A stretch of DNA of 64,000 bases from Balamuthia mandrillaris (taxonomy: Eukaryota). Shown piece by piece: positions 34,734 through 47,324 of the stretch. A program made the position numbers and the translations under genes. The stretch covers positions 62,001 to 126,000 of the forward strand of contig JAVKOQ020000040.1 of NCBI GenBank assembly GCA_031835245.2. The letters run 5' to 3'. How positions within the stretch are numbered: position 1 is the stretch's first letter; each line of letters begins with the position of its first letter. The notes under the pieces were generated by a model that ran no database searches, was not told where the DNA came from, and worked only from the letters and a program-made list of their open reading frames with translations.

Positions 34734-35195
34734 ATGAAGCGGAGCAAAGAGGACGAAGGCGGACGGAAACGGTCACAATACGCGTTGCTCTCGTGGGGAG
34801 CAGGGGCGAGCGGATTTTTGCCTTTGCTGTTGTTCTTTTTGTTGAGTTGCCTGCTTTCAGTTTCGGGAGTTCGCGCTCTACGGCCTTCTTCTTCTCCGTC
34901 TTCTTCTGCTACCTCTACACCTCTTTCTGATCTCAACTCTCCTTCTTCCATACAAGTACCCACACTTCCTGACAATTTATCTTTACACGATCAACAACAA
35001 TCCTCCTCTTCTTCTTCCTCTTCTTCTGCAGAAGAGGACAGCCCTTCCGAGATCCTCGTGTTGGCCCTCAACATTGGCATCCCATTACTCTTTTGGATCG
35101 GGGTGGGGGTCTGTGGCGTGCTCTCCATCCTACGCTACCGCAACATCGTCCGATCTGCACCCAGAACCGAGCGGCTCTGGACCTCGGAACTCTGA
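34734..35195 (+). CDS. Small S-rich single-pass membrane protein
   Basis: 153-aa ATG ORF with a hydrophobic signal-like segment, a Ser-rich stalk, TM ILVLALNIGIPLLFWIGVGVCGVLSIL and a short basic tail. Confidence 0.65.
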   Translation: MKRSKEDEGGRKRSQYALLSWGAGASGFLPLLLFFLLSCLLSVSGVRALRPSSSPSSSATSTPLSDLNSPSSIQVPTLPDNLSLHDQQQSSSSSSSSSAEEDSPSEILVLALNIGIPLLFWIGVGVCGVLSILRYRNIVRSAPRTERLWTSEL

Positions 35196-35914
35196 AAAAA
35201 AAAAACCTCTTCTTCCTCTCCTCCCTTCCTCTCCTTCTCCCTCTCTTGTCGACAAAAAAGCGTTACACACAACCCTCGACCTCCAACAAATCAAAGCGAT
35301 TGGAAGATGCATTGGCCAATCAAATTTTCTCCGCAAAACTCCGTAACGTTCATTTTATTCGTTACGCGCCTTTTTCCGTTTGTTTGTGCGAAATACTTCC
35401 TGAAAAAAAAAAACGTAGCGAACCGACCCTCATCAGACCGTTATTTTTGTTTTATTCATTTTTTTTTCCAACAAAGAAAATACAGCATAAAGGCAGTGCA
35501 GGAAGTAGTGCAGTGCGTTGTGTCTGAGAGCGTTCGTAGTGGTACGTTTTTTTTTTTTTTTTTTTTTTGAACGATTGGTTTTTTCTTCTTCTTCGTTATT
35601 GTTTTTATTTTCTTCTTTGGCTTGTGTGTCTCTCTCTCTCTTTTTTTTGTTTTTTTTCAATCTCCATCGATTCGGTTGGGAGTGAGATTATGATCGTGAG
35701 ATTGATGCTTGGTGAAGCAATGCGCATCGTCCACAACCATAACAAACGAGTGGATGGAAAGGCCACAATCCTCTTCTGTAATCAACACAACAAAAAGATG
35801 AGTTATCAGTATCGCTCTGCAACCAAAAAATCTTTTTTTTTTTTGAAGAAAGCTTGCACGTCAGTCTGATGTTGTGTGATTCAAAGCACCAAATTCCACG
35901 CTCTCTTCTCCCTT

Positions 35915-35945
<31 letters not shown>

Positions 35946-36096
35946 TCTCGTTACTATTTTCACTGTTGTTGATTTTATTTATTTTTTGTGTCTTCGTTGC
36001 TTTTTCTTGTCTAATCAAATTCTTTGGATCGTTTGGTTTGTATTTCTGGTTGTCATACGTTGTGCTTCGTTTTGTTGTGTGTGTTTCTGCAGTACA

Positions 36097-37421
36097 ATGT
36101 CCAAAGAAAAGGCAGTGTCTGCTGAGGAGCTCGTGTCCAACCTGGAAGAGGACACTCTCCTCGACCTCTACTCTATGGACCACCCGGAGCGTCGTGGCGA
36201 GGTTGGCGAAAAAACAAAGAAGAATTTGGTGCGCAGCATCGTGGATAAGATCGAGGAGACCGGCTACAAGTTCTTTGTGCTGAACCTCAGCAAGGAGGGC
36301 ATGCAGGAGCTGCTGGAGGGCCTCGACATCAATTGGGGCAATGACAACAAGCACAGCAAGGCCGTTCTGGGCAAGAGGCTCATTGAGCAGTTCTACAAAA
36401 AGGGATTGGAGGAGTTTTTGGCGGAGCGTGCTGATGTTGAGGGACTCAAAGGCTTGTGTGAAATGCTTGAGCTGGAACCTGTTTCCAGCAAGAAAGAGCA
36501 ACTTGTATGTTCTCTCGTTCATTTTCCCTCTCTTTTTTTGTCTGTCTCTCTCACTCTCTGTATTTCTTTATCTTTCATTTTTTGTACCCATTTTAAAAAC
36601 GCAAAGGCAAGGCAAGTGGCCGACAGAGTGCGACAAGAGGGCTTAGAGACCTACCTCAGCAGCGTACATTTGGACTCCCTTCAAGATATGTGCGATGACC
36701 TCAAACTCAAAACCAGAAACACATCCAGCAAGAGAAAGTTGGTTGATGCCCTTTTGTACAAGGTCTCTCATCCATCCTTTTCCCTTTTTAATGTTTGATT
36801 GTCTTTGGCCTCTTTATTTTTCTAGTCTTTTTCCCTGTTCGTTCCCCTTTGTTTACTTTGTCCCTTGGTTTTATTTTTATCTTTTTTGTTATTCCCATCC
36901 TTCTCTTTTGTCATTCTTGTTTTCCCTCTCGTTGCTGATGAAATAATCATTCTATAAAACCACAGAAAGATGTAGAGGACGAGCCAAAGAAAAAGAAACA
37001 AAAAACCACAGGCAGCTTCAGCAAAACAAAGAAGAAGATCGAAAAGGGAATCACCTTTGACGACATTTTCCAACACTACTACGCCAACGAGCTGAAGGAC
37101 TGGTGCAAGGAGCATGACATCCCCACCACCGGCAAAAAGACGCTTCTCATCAAACGCATCTTGGCTTACTTGGAAGGAGGAGATACTGGCTCTTCTTCTT
37201 CTTCTTCTTCTACGAGCGGAAAAGGCAAAGGCAAAGGAAAGGGTGCAAAGAAAGGAGGTGCGGCAAAGAAAGGAGCAAAAAGCGGCGGAAATGACGAGAA
37301 GGAGCAAGAGAGCAAGGCGAAAGAAGAAGCAGGAGGAGAATCAGAGCAGAAAGGAGGAAAGAAGACCACGACTGCTTCCTCTTCAAAGGCCAAGAGCAAT
37401 GGAACAAAGGGTTCCAAGTAA
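36097..37421 (+). CDS. Protein with repeated SAP/HeH-like helical motifs and a K/G-rich basic tail (3 exons)
   Basis: Repeats such as LQDMCDDLKLKTRNTSSKRKLVDALL and ELKDWCKEHDIPTTGKKTLLIKRILAYL. Probable nucleic-acid or chromatin binder. Confidence 0.75.
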
Positions 37422-37713
37422 GTGAGACTGCTAATATTATTGTTTTTCTTTGTTCTGTTTGTTCTTTCCCCTTCTTTCTTGTTTGATCCTTTTATTTTAA
37501 CAACAACAAAAAAATACACAATTACACAAACACCTTTAGCTTTCTCTTTTCTCCCTATTCTCTTGTACTTTCGGCTTCTCTCTTTCGTTTTGTTCTCTCT
37601 CTTCCCTCGACCCTCTCTGCTCATTCTCTCTTCTCTGTTTTGCACTTTTCGGTTCTCTCTCTCTCTTTCGTTTGCTCTTTCTCTTTTGTGTGTGTGTTTC
37701 TATGATGCATCAA

Positions 37714-38872
37714 CTAGCTAGCGCATTTCTTCATGGTGAGACTGCAGTTGATGGTGTTGGAGAGGACGTCTCGGTAGCGCTGCACGTACATGCGCCAGAG
37801 CCTCTCCTGCCATTCCTGCCGCCACACCACGCTCTGCAGCAGCGGCACGTACTTGTTGACCTGGTGGCTGAGCAGCCGCCCGGTCTTGCACCAAGTGGCC
37901 ACGTGCTCGCAGTTGAAGCAGAAGAGGTCGTATTCGCCTTGGAAGAGGCCCTCGAGGCGTTGTGCGTTCTCCACCACTTTTTCTGGAGGGAGCATTCTCC
38001 CTTCTTGTTGTCTTCTTCTTGTTCTTCTTGTAGTTGCAAGGGAGGAGGAGGAAGAGGAGGAGGCAGAGGAGGAGGAGGAGGAGGAAGAGGAGGAGGAAGA
38101 GGAAGAGGAAGAGGAAGGAGGAAGAGGCAGAGGAGAGGGAGGGAGGAGGGAAGGAGGAGGAGGAAGAGGAAGAGGAAGAGGAAGAGGAAGAGGAAGAGGA
38201 AGAGGAAGAGGAAGAGGAAGAGGAAGAGGAAGAGGAAGAGGAAGAGGAAGAGGAAGAGGCGTAGGATTGGATGTGGAGAGCGCCGCCACGAAGGAAGTCG
38301 TCGAGGGAGGTACGGACGACGCGCGCTCGCTCGATGGAGTCCCCTGTGAAATGAATGACTTGCCGGTTTCCTATGTATACACCTTTTCGTTTATTTTTTT
38401 ATTTATTTTTTTATTTTTTTTGGTGTTAGGAATGAAAGAACGAAAGCGACAAGAAAGAAAGGCAAAACAACAACAAGAAAGAAACATCAGAGGGAGACCA
38501 CAGGAAAAACAAAACAGTGGGAGTGGCGCTATAAAGGATCATTACTGTACCGTGATGCTTATAGGTGCACATCCGCCAGACGTAGATGTGATCACCTACT
38601 TGTAGGTCCTCGATGGTCTTTGAGGGACGGACCTCCTCTTTTATTGTGGAGATTACTTTCTTGGCATAGTCCCACAGCCTTCTTCTTTTCGGTTGTGGTT
38701 CGGGTTGAGCTCTGTCTTCTTCTTCTTCCCCCTCCTCCTCCTCCTCCTCCTCCTCCTCAACATTACTGCTTTTCCGCTTTTCCGTTTTGTCGTCCGAACC
38801 TTCATAATGGCGCTCACGCTTCCTCTTGAGAGAAGGCCGCTTCCTCTGTCCGTCTCCTTCGTTCTCCTCCAT
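37714..38872 (-). CDS. LRAT/NlpC-P60 family protein, with an apparent frameshift in an internal Ser microsatellite
   Basis: DLQVGDHIYVWR..YKHHGVYIG..VIHF and GEYDLFCFNCEHVATWCKTG supply the H/H/C triad. The two parts are in different frames across 38040-38260. Confidence 0.8.
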
Positions 38873-39331
38873 CTCTCTCTCGTCGTCTTCTTTGGTCGAC
38901 ACAAAAGTTTCAACGTCGACAAGATCATGAGATCATACTACTGCAGAAAGCAACCAGTAGGAAATCATATATGTCGACAAACCGCGGAGTTGGCAAATGA
39001 CGACTTGTTGCCAACAATTATGGGATGTGGGGAATTTTACTCCATCAAAATTTTGGCCAAAGAAAAAATATAAAGGGGGGAAAAGCAGAGAGCGACAGCG
39101 AGAGAGCGAGAGAGAGACAGAGATTATTTTTTTTTTTGTTTGGCAACAGGTACGGTTCTGCGTAGTGCTCCTCTTCTTTGTAGTGCGATGATATTTTTTG
39201 TGATGTCGTTTTTGCTTGAACCCGAGATTGATTTTTTCTCACTCGCTCGTTATTCTTTGTATTGATTTATTGTGATTGATTGATTTTCTTTCGTGAATTT
39301 TTTTTTGTGTCTCCTAAGAAGGTCAGCGACA

Positions 39332-40851
39332 ATGTTGAAACAAACCACCAGACTGACTCCCGTGGTGCGCGGCGGTTCCATCACCTTCCAACGAAGGGGC
39401 CTCGCCACCGCAACCATCGAATACAAGCGTACCTCGCAGAGCCCCTTTGTCGGCCGTGCTCTCGGGCTCCCCGCCAGCGTCCTCTCCACCCCCGAAAAGC
39501 TGAGCTACCTGGAGGCCCCCTCCTTCCTTCCCGACCGTTGCTCCCCCAAGTTTATGCAGCTGGACACTCACACCTGGGAATGGGAGGAGCACAACCTCCA
39601 GGGACCCGTGCCCCACTCCGACTCCTTCTCACAGTTCCTCATCCCCGGCACCAAGGAGGTCGTCATCGTGAGCAGCAACGGAACTATGAGCATTGTCGAT
39701 CTGCGTATGTTCTCTCTCTGCTTTTTTTTCTGTATAATTTTTCGAGCGTGATGGAGAGAGAGCGACATTTTGTTAGGCTGATACTAACGAAACGTGTCTT
39801 TTGCCTTCTTCTTCTTGTTCTTGTTGTTGTTCTTCTTCTTCTTGTTGTTCTTCTTCTTCTTCTTCTTCTGCTTCTCTACTCCCGTTTGGACTCTCAGCCT
39901 CTAAAACCGTGATCTCGACTTGCCAATCTAAATCCCCTTTCAACTTCTACACCGCTGTGGCCACCGCTTCCCCTCAGAGACTGTGGTTCTTTGAGAAGCC
40001 CAAGGTCAAATATTTCGTGTCAAAGGAAGGCCTACGAAAACAGAAGCATGAGAACGCGATCAAAAAGGAGAAGGGTTTGCCTGAACTCGAAGAGCCTCAT
40101 GAGACCCCCAAAGGCATTGCCTTTTGGGACAAGAGCACCGACGGTACGTTTTCTTTCCTCTATTTTGTTCTCCCACCGATTTTTTATATTTCCTTTTTTT
40201 CCTTCATGTTGTTCTGGTTGCTCACATTGAACAAATAATAGCCATCACACAAATCCAACCGAAGGGCAATGGCCCCTCCAACACGGCTACCCTGCAGGTC
40301 TTGCCCTGGGAAAACAACATTCTCGTCTTTTCTGCCGAAGAAGAATCTCTCCAAGTTTTCCTGTTGGACACAAGTATGTCTATCTCCCCTCTCTCCTCTC
40401 CCCTCTCCCCTCTCCCCTCTCCCCTCTCCCTCCTTTTAACCTCTTAATCCAAACAAAAGACAAAAATGAATGGAGCAAGTTGGCAGTGACAGGAGAGGCT
40501 CCCTCCGCCAGGGACGGTTACGCCCTGAGCTTCCTCCCCGGCAAGAACAAGGCTATCCTCATCTCCGGCCTCGCCCTGGACAATAAGGGCTCCCCCGTAT
40601 CCGGCCTTAAAGAGGTCTGGAGCTTTGACCCCTCCGCCAAGAAGTGGGAGAAGGTGAACCTCGAAGGTTCTGTTCTGCAACGCATTCGCCGAAGCAGCTT
40701 CTTCGGCGGCAGGCACCCCTTCATACCTGCCTTTGGAGCGGCGGCCGCGCCCATCGCCGAGGACACCTTGGTGATGATGGGAGGCATTATGCTGTCCGTG
40801 GAACCCCCAAACCCACTCCCTGTGTTCTCCGTAAAGGTTAGTGGATTGTAA
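39332..40851 (+). CDS. Kelch/beta-propeller-like protein with a putative mitochondrial presequence (multi-exon)
   Basis: The N-terminus MLKQTTRLTPVVRGGSITFQRRGLATA is R-rich with no acidic residues. Kelch-like segment W.VTGEAPSARDGYAL..ILISG..EVWSFDPSAKKWEKV. Confidence 0.7.
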
Positions 40852-41875
40852 GCAAGGAAGAAATACACACACAAAAAAAAAAAAGAAAATGGGGTTTTTC
40901 CCGCCAAATATTTAGGGTCGTTAAATTACGCGGGGTTTGTTTGGCGTGTCGACACGAGAAACTCGGAGGCTTGCTGACAGAAAATCGAAAGAAAAACCCA
41001 CACCGCTGATTTTTTTTTTCCCTGCGCGGCTTTTTTTTTCCCCCCACCAAAGACTGAATGTCACTTTAGCTTCACGCAGAGGAGAAGAAGAAGCACTGCT
41101 TTTATTTTTTGTTTGTTGTGCTCTCTCCTCTGTGTTTTCAGTTAGTTTTTGGGGGGAGAAACCGTCAGAGGAGGTCCACATTTTATTTTCTTTTGGGTTT
41201 CTGAAAACACATTTTCAAAGGGGGAAGAGAGAGAGAGCTTGTTGAGTTTTTTTTTTAATCTCGTTACCATTTTTTTCGTCGGTTTTCTCATTGCTTAATT
41301 TATTTTGTTTTTCATAAAGGAATTGAGAAAAACACAAAAAAAAAAAAAGCAACGCAAAGAGAAGAGAAGAGAGAGAAAGATTTTTGTGTGTGTGTATGTG
41401 CTTGTGAGGACTTTTATTTTTTTTTTTTTGGGGGGGTTGGCAAGGCGCACGCACGCAACGCACTGCTCTGATTTATCGACCGGGAGAACTCGAATACTTT
41501 TCTTTTGAAGCTTCTTTCCTCTCTGACTTTTTTGTTTTAAAAACAGAGAGAAGAGCTTCCCGTCACTTCCTCCTCCTTCTTTTTATTTTATTTTGTTGCA
41601 AAGAAGAAGAAGCACTTTTTTTTTGTGTTTTAAAAAAAGCAGTCGACTCATCATCATCACCCAAAAACATCACTTCACATCAGATCAAATCACTACACTT
41701 TTTTTTTTTGAATTCTTCATCTTCAGATTATTTTTTTTTTCGTTTCATTTGTGCATAAGCTAGAATATCAGTTGTTTATATTTTTTGTTTCAAACTTTGT
41801 TTTACATTTTTATTTTTCGTTATTTTTGATTTAAAACCAACCAAAAAAAAAAAACCCAAATCACAATCTTTGCAA

Positions 41876-44131
41876 ATGTTGATGACGGATCACACACTCT
41901 TCATGAACGGGCACACGCAGCCAGCAGGGGGATACGCGCAGCCTCAGCATCCTTCGCCTCGCCCCCCTGCACAACGTTCCTATTCGTTCACCTCTCCCAT
42001 GCCTTCTCCTTCCTCTGCTTTTGCCTCTTCCAGCTGGTTCCAAGCGCCAACCCCCACAACGCCCAGCCTGCAGCAACAACAGGGCTTTGGAGGAGCAGCA
42101 GCGCTGGCTTTTAAAGAGCGACAGGCATCTTCTGTGGCTGCTCCTTCTCGTCCTTTGCTCTCTCCACGCCAGCTTTCTTCTTTCTCCACAACGTCAGCAA
42201 CGACAAGCACTCCATCGAGGGAGGCGAGTTTTTCTGTTGCTGCTGTTGATCCTTCTTCTGCCTCTTCCAATTATGTCTCTCCGTCTCTTTCTTCTCCCAC
42301 CGCACAACTTCCTTTTGAGCTGACCATCTACGAGTCCTCTTTGGCTGATCTGCTTTCATGCTATCGACAGGAACAACCGACTAACAACAACTCGGCATCA
42401 CCACTCCTCTCATCTGTAGCACAACAGCTCAACTCTCTTCTACTCGTTCTTTGTTCTTCGTCGCCATCGACTTCTTCCCCTTCCTACGCTCAAATAGTTT
42501 GTGCTCAAGCTCGTGTCTCGGTGGAAACCATCGTTCACGCTCTGCGTGCACTCTTTCCTCAACTGCAAAGCTTGTTCGCCTTTGAGCGTACCTCCACTGT
42601 AGACTCTCTGCGCGTACTCGACGAGTTTTTCACTTTTCATTTGCAGCAGCAACACCAAACGGAAGAGACAACAGAAGAACAAAATGATGAATGGTGTCGA
42701 ATGGGCAAGAAGTTGGTGCAATATTTGCACGCGCTGCTAAGCTTAGTGGAAGCGGTTCTACCCCGTCATCACTCGTCTCGTTATCATCTTCATGAACAAG
42801 TCTCGTTGTTGGATGCCGCTAGCATTCTTCCTTGCTTGTTGCAGGCAGCATCGCTCTTTTTGTTTGTGGCGACGAACGTACCTCCTCAACATCAGCAGCA
42901 ACAGCAACAACGACGACTTTCCTCTGCCTCGGTGGAAGATCCAACCGGCAGTGCGACTCATCTTTCTCAGTCCATGCAGCGTTCTCTCTCTTTAGACAGC
43001 TCTTTCGTTTCGCCGGTCCCTCATTCGGCTTCGCAATTCCTTACATCTTCCTTCCTTTCTTCTTATCCTTACCATCATTCTCATCCACCCGCGTCTTCTG
43101 CCTCATCTACTACCTCTTTTTCGTCCTCATCCTCCATTGCGCCATCTCTCCCTCTTGGGTTGGGCGAGAACATGAATATGATAACTTCTCTTTCGCCTCG
43201 AGGAGCAGGAGGAAGCAACGTTAGCAACGCAACCTCCTCCATAACCTCTATAACCACACATGCTCTGACTAATCCGTACTCGCATGCGCAGGCCTCCTCT
43301 CAGAACATCGATGAGGAAGACATTGACCACGCCATCATCGCCAATTCAGCCTTTGCTCTCTCTTCTCCTCTCTCTACTCCTCGTTCTTCTGCCTCTTCCA
43401 GTACTTCTCCACCTTCGTCCTCCGCCTCTCCTTCTCCAACTTTATCAACTTCGGTTACCTCGTTGCCATCCACTTTAAGTTCTTCCTCATCTTCTTCGTC
43501 CTCCTCCTCTTCTGCAGTTCCTTTAACCGTGTCTGGCCAACTTCCTGCTTCTACACCATCCTCTGCTTCCTCGTCTTCTTCTATTTCACCCTCTTCATCT
43601 GCTTCTGCTACCACACTTCCCCGTTCCTATTTGGCCATAGCTTCTACCCCTCCTCCCGCTTCACTTTCCTCCTCCTCCTCCTCCTCCTCTTCTTCTTGCT
43701 CTTCTGTTTCAGCCGCTTCTGCCTCCTCATCCCTTCACAAGAAAGCCGCTTGCCTCTCCGCGAGCGGCGTGGGAGGAGGCGACGGCGTCTCCGTCACGAG
43801 TCATCTCTGGATCCGCAACATCGACAAGAAAGTGACGAAACAAGAGCTGAACGACTTTTTCGCCGACTACCACGTCTTTAACATTTACATCAACTTGCCG
43901 AAAGAGAATAGCAACGCCAACGCGAAAGGCGACGTGAAAAACGACAAAGAAAGCGGCGACTCGTACGTTTACTTCACGGCCTACGTCAACTTTAAGAACT
44001 GTTTGAATGCGAGAAGAGCGTTGGACGGGCTCAACGGGAAGATACTGCACGACAGGTCCCTTCTCATCCAGTTCAACAAGTGCCCGAAGCTCATCAAGAA
44101 GGGCATCATTTGTGACTACTGCAAACGATAA
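41876..44131 (+). CDS. Single-exon Ser-rich protein with C-terminal RRM
   Basis: HLWIRNIDKKVTKQELNDFF (RNP2) and TAYVNFKN..ARRALDGLNGKILHDRSLLIQF (RNP1). Ends in C-x8-CxxC. Confidence 0.85.
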   Translation: MLMTDHTLFMNGHTQPAGGYAQPQHPSPRPPAQRSYSFTSPMPSPSSAFASSSWFQAPTPTTPSLQQQQGFGGAAALAFKERQASSVAAPSRPLLSPRQLSSFSTTSATTSTPSREASFSVAAVDPSSASSNYVSPSLSSPTAQLPFELTIYESSLADLLSCYRQEQPTNNNSASPLLSSVAQQLNSLLLVLCSSSPSTSSPSYAQIVCAQARVSVETIVHALRALFPQLQSLFAFERTSTVDSLRVLDEFFTFHLQQQHQTEETTEEQNDEWCRMGKKLVQYLHALLSLVEAVLPRHHSSRYHLHEQVSLLDAASILPCLLQAASLFLFVATNVPPQHQQQQQQRRLSSASVEDPTGSATHLSQSMQRSLSLDSSFVSPVPHSASQFLTSSFLSSYPYHHSHPPASSASSTTSFSSSSSIAPSLPLGLGENMNMITSLSPRGAGGSNVSNATSSITSITTHALTNPYSHAQASSQNIDEEDIDHAIIANSAFALSSPLSTPRSSASSSTSPPSSSASPSPTLSTSVTSLPSTLSSSSSSSSSSSSAVPLTVSGQLPASTPSSASSSSSISPSSSASATTLPRSYLAIASTPPPASLSSSSSSSSSSCSSVSAASASSSLHKKAACLSASGVGGGDGVSVTSHLWIRNIDKKVTKQELNDFFADYHVFNIYINLPKENSNANAKGDVKNDKESGDSYVYFTAYVNFKNCLNARRALDGLNGKILHDRSLLIQFNKCPKLIKKGIICDYCKR

Positions 44132-44740
44132 GGGAAAAAAAAAAAGAACTCTCCCGACACGATTCAGCCAACAGCACCGACGACATCAACCAACAACAAC
44201 AACATTTGTTTTAAAGTTTTTTTTATTCGTTCTTCTTCTTTTGTTTTTATTTCTTCGTTCTTTTTTTTTTGGTTGTTCTGCTGAAGAAGCACAACGACAA
44301 ATAAAAAATATCAGGTAAATATTGTCCAAAAGCAGCTCATCCGCCCCTCACCCTTCCTTCCCCCTCCACTTCTCCGGTTATTTCCAAGAGTGAGACACAG
44401 GACGACATGGAAGGTCCTATGTTATTTCCCGAGATGACGTCATTCGGGTAATTCGATCAACCAATCGGGAGCCAGAAACCGGAAAATGTGCCCAATACAA
44501 TAGCGCACCGTTTCGGCGCCAAACGAAAGATTGTTTGGTCAACCGACACCGTAGGGAGAGTTGACGCTATCTCAACCTCCACGGAGGATGGGCTAAACCC
44601 CGAATGTCGAGAATGGTAAAAATATAGGGGATTTGAAGGGCACTTATAAAAAGGCCACCACTTTGGATTTGTTGGTCACGACACAACAAAACAAACTTCC
44701 AGAAGAAGCACATCAATAGCAAGCACACCGAAAAAATACC

Positions 44741-45794
44741 ATGAGCACCACCACTGTTGATAACAAAGTGGCCATCGTGACGGGGGCGACCACTGGGATC
44801 GGGCATGGAGCGTCCATCCAGCTGGCCAAGGCAGGGTTCAAAGTGGTGCTGGCGGGACGGCGCCAGGACAAAGGCCAGGCTCTGGAGGAGGAACTGAGGA
44901 AGCAAGGCTTGGAAGCTACCTTTGTGCAGACCGATGTCACCAAGGAGGAGGACCTCAAACGCCTGTTTGACACCACGGTGGCAAAGTATGGTGCTCTCCA
45001 TCTGCTGATCAACAATGCTGGCACTGGGGAATGGGTCCCTCTCGACCATGCCGTTTGTTCTTTTCTCTCTCACCTTTTGTTGTTCCTTTTTTATTATTTG
45101 AAGTGGACTCACCTCTTCCTCTCCTCCCTCCTCGTTTTGTGTTTTGCTGCATTCCTTTCTGGCAGGACGCCGCCAAACACTTTGACATTGTGTATGATGT
45201 CAATGTGAAGAGCATCATTCGCAGCTTCTTCTTCGCTGTCCCTCTCTTGGCCAAGAATGGGGGAGGTCTCATCATCAACATTTCCAGCGTGATGTCCGTG
45301 CTCTCCTCCCCAGGTTCAGCGGTGTACAGCTCCTCCAAAACGGCAGTGGATGCCATCACTCGCGTGGCTGCTGCTGAGTTCAAAGACCGCAACATCAAAG
45401 GTATTCTTGTGATAAAGCCTCCTGTTGTATTCTGTCTTTGTTGTGATAATGACAGTGTTCTCACACCAATGCCAAAAAAAAAAAAAAAACAACAGTGTTC
45501 AGCATCAACCCCTTCGCCTTTGAGAGCGAGCTGACGGACAAAGCAAGCAAACAGATCTTTGGAGAAGAGCGTGTGGAGGAATTGGCGGCAGCCTTCAATC
45601 CTTCAGGAAGAGCGGGGAAAGGCAGCGAGATCGGAGGGTTTGTGGTGGAGCTCTTCTCCGGGCAGCATGATGGTCAGTATGAGAGCGGAGCCAACATCGC
45701 CATCGATGCTGGGAAGGACCACTATCCTGTGGCGGAGGTGCCTTCCAGGATTGCTGCCGCTCGCACCGCCACACCTCAGGTGAAGAGCAACTGA
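44741..45794 (+). CDS. Classical short-chain dehydrogenase/reductase, copy 2 (3 exons)
   Basis: Protein is identical to copy 1 through exons 1-2, with a few substitutions in exon 3. Confidence 0.93.
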
Positions 45795-46120
45795 ATGAAG
45801 TCAGGTTAAAGTGAAGAAGAACGACAGCAATGTAAATAAAGCACTGTCCGGATCTGGATGAAAGGTGAACAACGTGGTTATCTTCTCTTTGTCCTTCTCT
45901 GCTCTGCTCTGCTCATCTCTCACAACAGAGCGACCACCACCAGAGTGCACAAATATTCATGGTTCAGGCGAGGTGGCTGGCTCTTCACAAAAAATAAATA
46001 AAAACAATAGAAAGACAAAACAAAATTAGGGGCGAGAAGAGAAGAGGAAGAAGAGCTCTCCGCCCTTCCTTCTCCTCTCCATATCAAGAGGGTCTGCCAA
46101 ACTGCTGGGTGGGTGGGTGC

Positions 46121-46914
46121 TCAACAGAATCCACAGATCCACTTGCGGAACTTTTCCCTGCGCAGAGCAACTGGATCTCCCGCCACAATCCCAAAGCTCT
46201 CGTTGTAGAGAATGGACAAGCCGTTGAGTTCTGCGTGTGAAAGGGATGAGACGGCGGCCACCGTGGCGGGAAATAGCGGGATGGCCACCCCCACGGCAAA
46301 GGGATGGGCGGCAGGAAGCGGGGCAGGGGGAGGCGCCCCTGGAAGACCACCCGCACCTCCGCTTTCCTTTTGTATTTGTTTAAATCTTCGGGTTAGCAGA
46401 ACACACCCACCAACATGTTCAACATTGTTCCGCTGGGCCAAGCGAACAAACACTTAAAAAAAAACAAAAAAAAACCTTTTCAAGGGCAACCAACGTTGCT
46501 GCAGCAGGAGCCAGTGTCCCTTTCAGAACTGCTGAAAATGCAGCACGGTTGGAAGCCATTTTGCGGCCGTTGTTGATCTTGGCTGCCAACGGTGCTATCG
46601 CCAACGCAACAGCGGGTCCTACAGCCGCCGCCACGGCAGGCCCCACCGCCGCCGCCACGGCAGGTCCCACCGCCGCCGCCACATCGTCCGGCGTGCACAC
46701 TATCACGGGCATCAGGGTGATCGGGTCTTCATACACGCAACATTCTAAAAACTCGGCTATGGAGGAGTAGCGCGTTTTGTTGCTGTTGACGAGGGCCAAC
46801 TCTCCACCAGCTCCAGGTCGGCCAGTTCCTCCGGAACTTTTTCTTTATAGTACTTTTCGTATGCCGTCTGCCACTGTTTGGCAACAGAATAAACAAAACG
46901 GGTAGCGCAGGAGT

Positions 46915-46960
<46 letters not shown>

Positions 46961-47121
46961 GATAAAAAAAAAAACACAAAACATCTATCAGGCACCTTTG
47001 GGCGGCCCTCCTCCGCCTGCCTTTTTCTCTTTCCCCGCGCTGGGTTGTTTGGTTTCGGGTCGTTGCTTGCCCTGTCCTCCCTCCCTCTCTTCCCGTCCTC
47101 CTCGTCGCCGCCTTTCTCCAT
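46121..47121 (-). pseudogene. Mug135-like paralogue with a 1-nt deletion (pseudogene or sequence error); (AAAVGPAV)x3
   Basis: Copy A reads GAGAGTATGGCC and this copy reads GAGAGTTGGCC at ~46800, shifting the frame in exon 2. Confidence 0.65.
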
Positions 47122-47324
47122 CGCGTGCTCTTTCTCCTTGTGCTGTTCTTTCTCTCTTTGCTGCTGCTGCTACCTAACGTTCTTTTTTCATATCTTTCCT
47201 TTGGCCAAAGGAGGGAGGGAAGACCTTCCAGGATAAACGAACGCCTAACGAACCGAAAGAAGGAAGGAAGGATGCCTTTGTCTCGAGTGTTGATGCCCTG
47301 TTGCAGAAGTAAAACATACTCATC

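Larger units (their letters stand above)
44558..47150. repeat. Arm B of inverted segmental duplication
   Basis: Reverse complement of ~24790-28145, lacking the ~0.7-kb insert at ~26110-26830. Confidence 0.92.
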
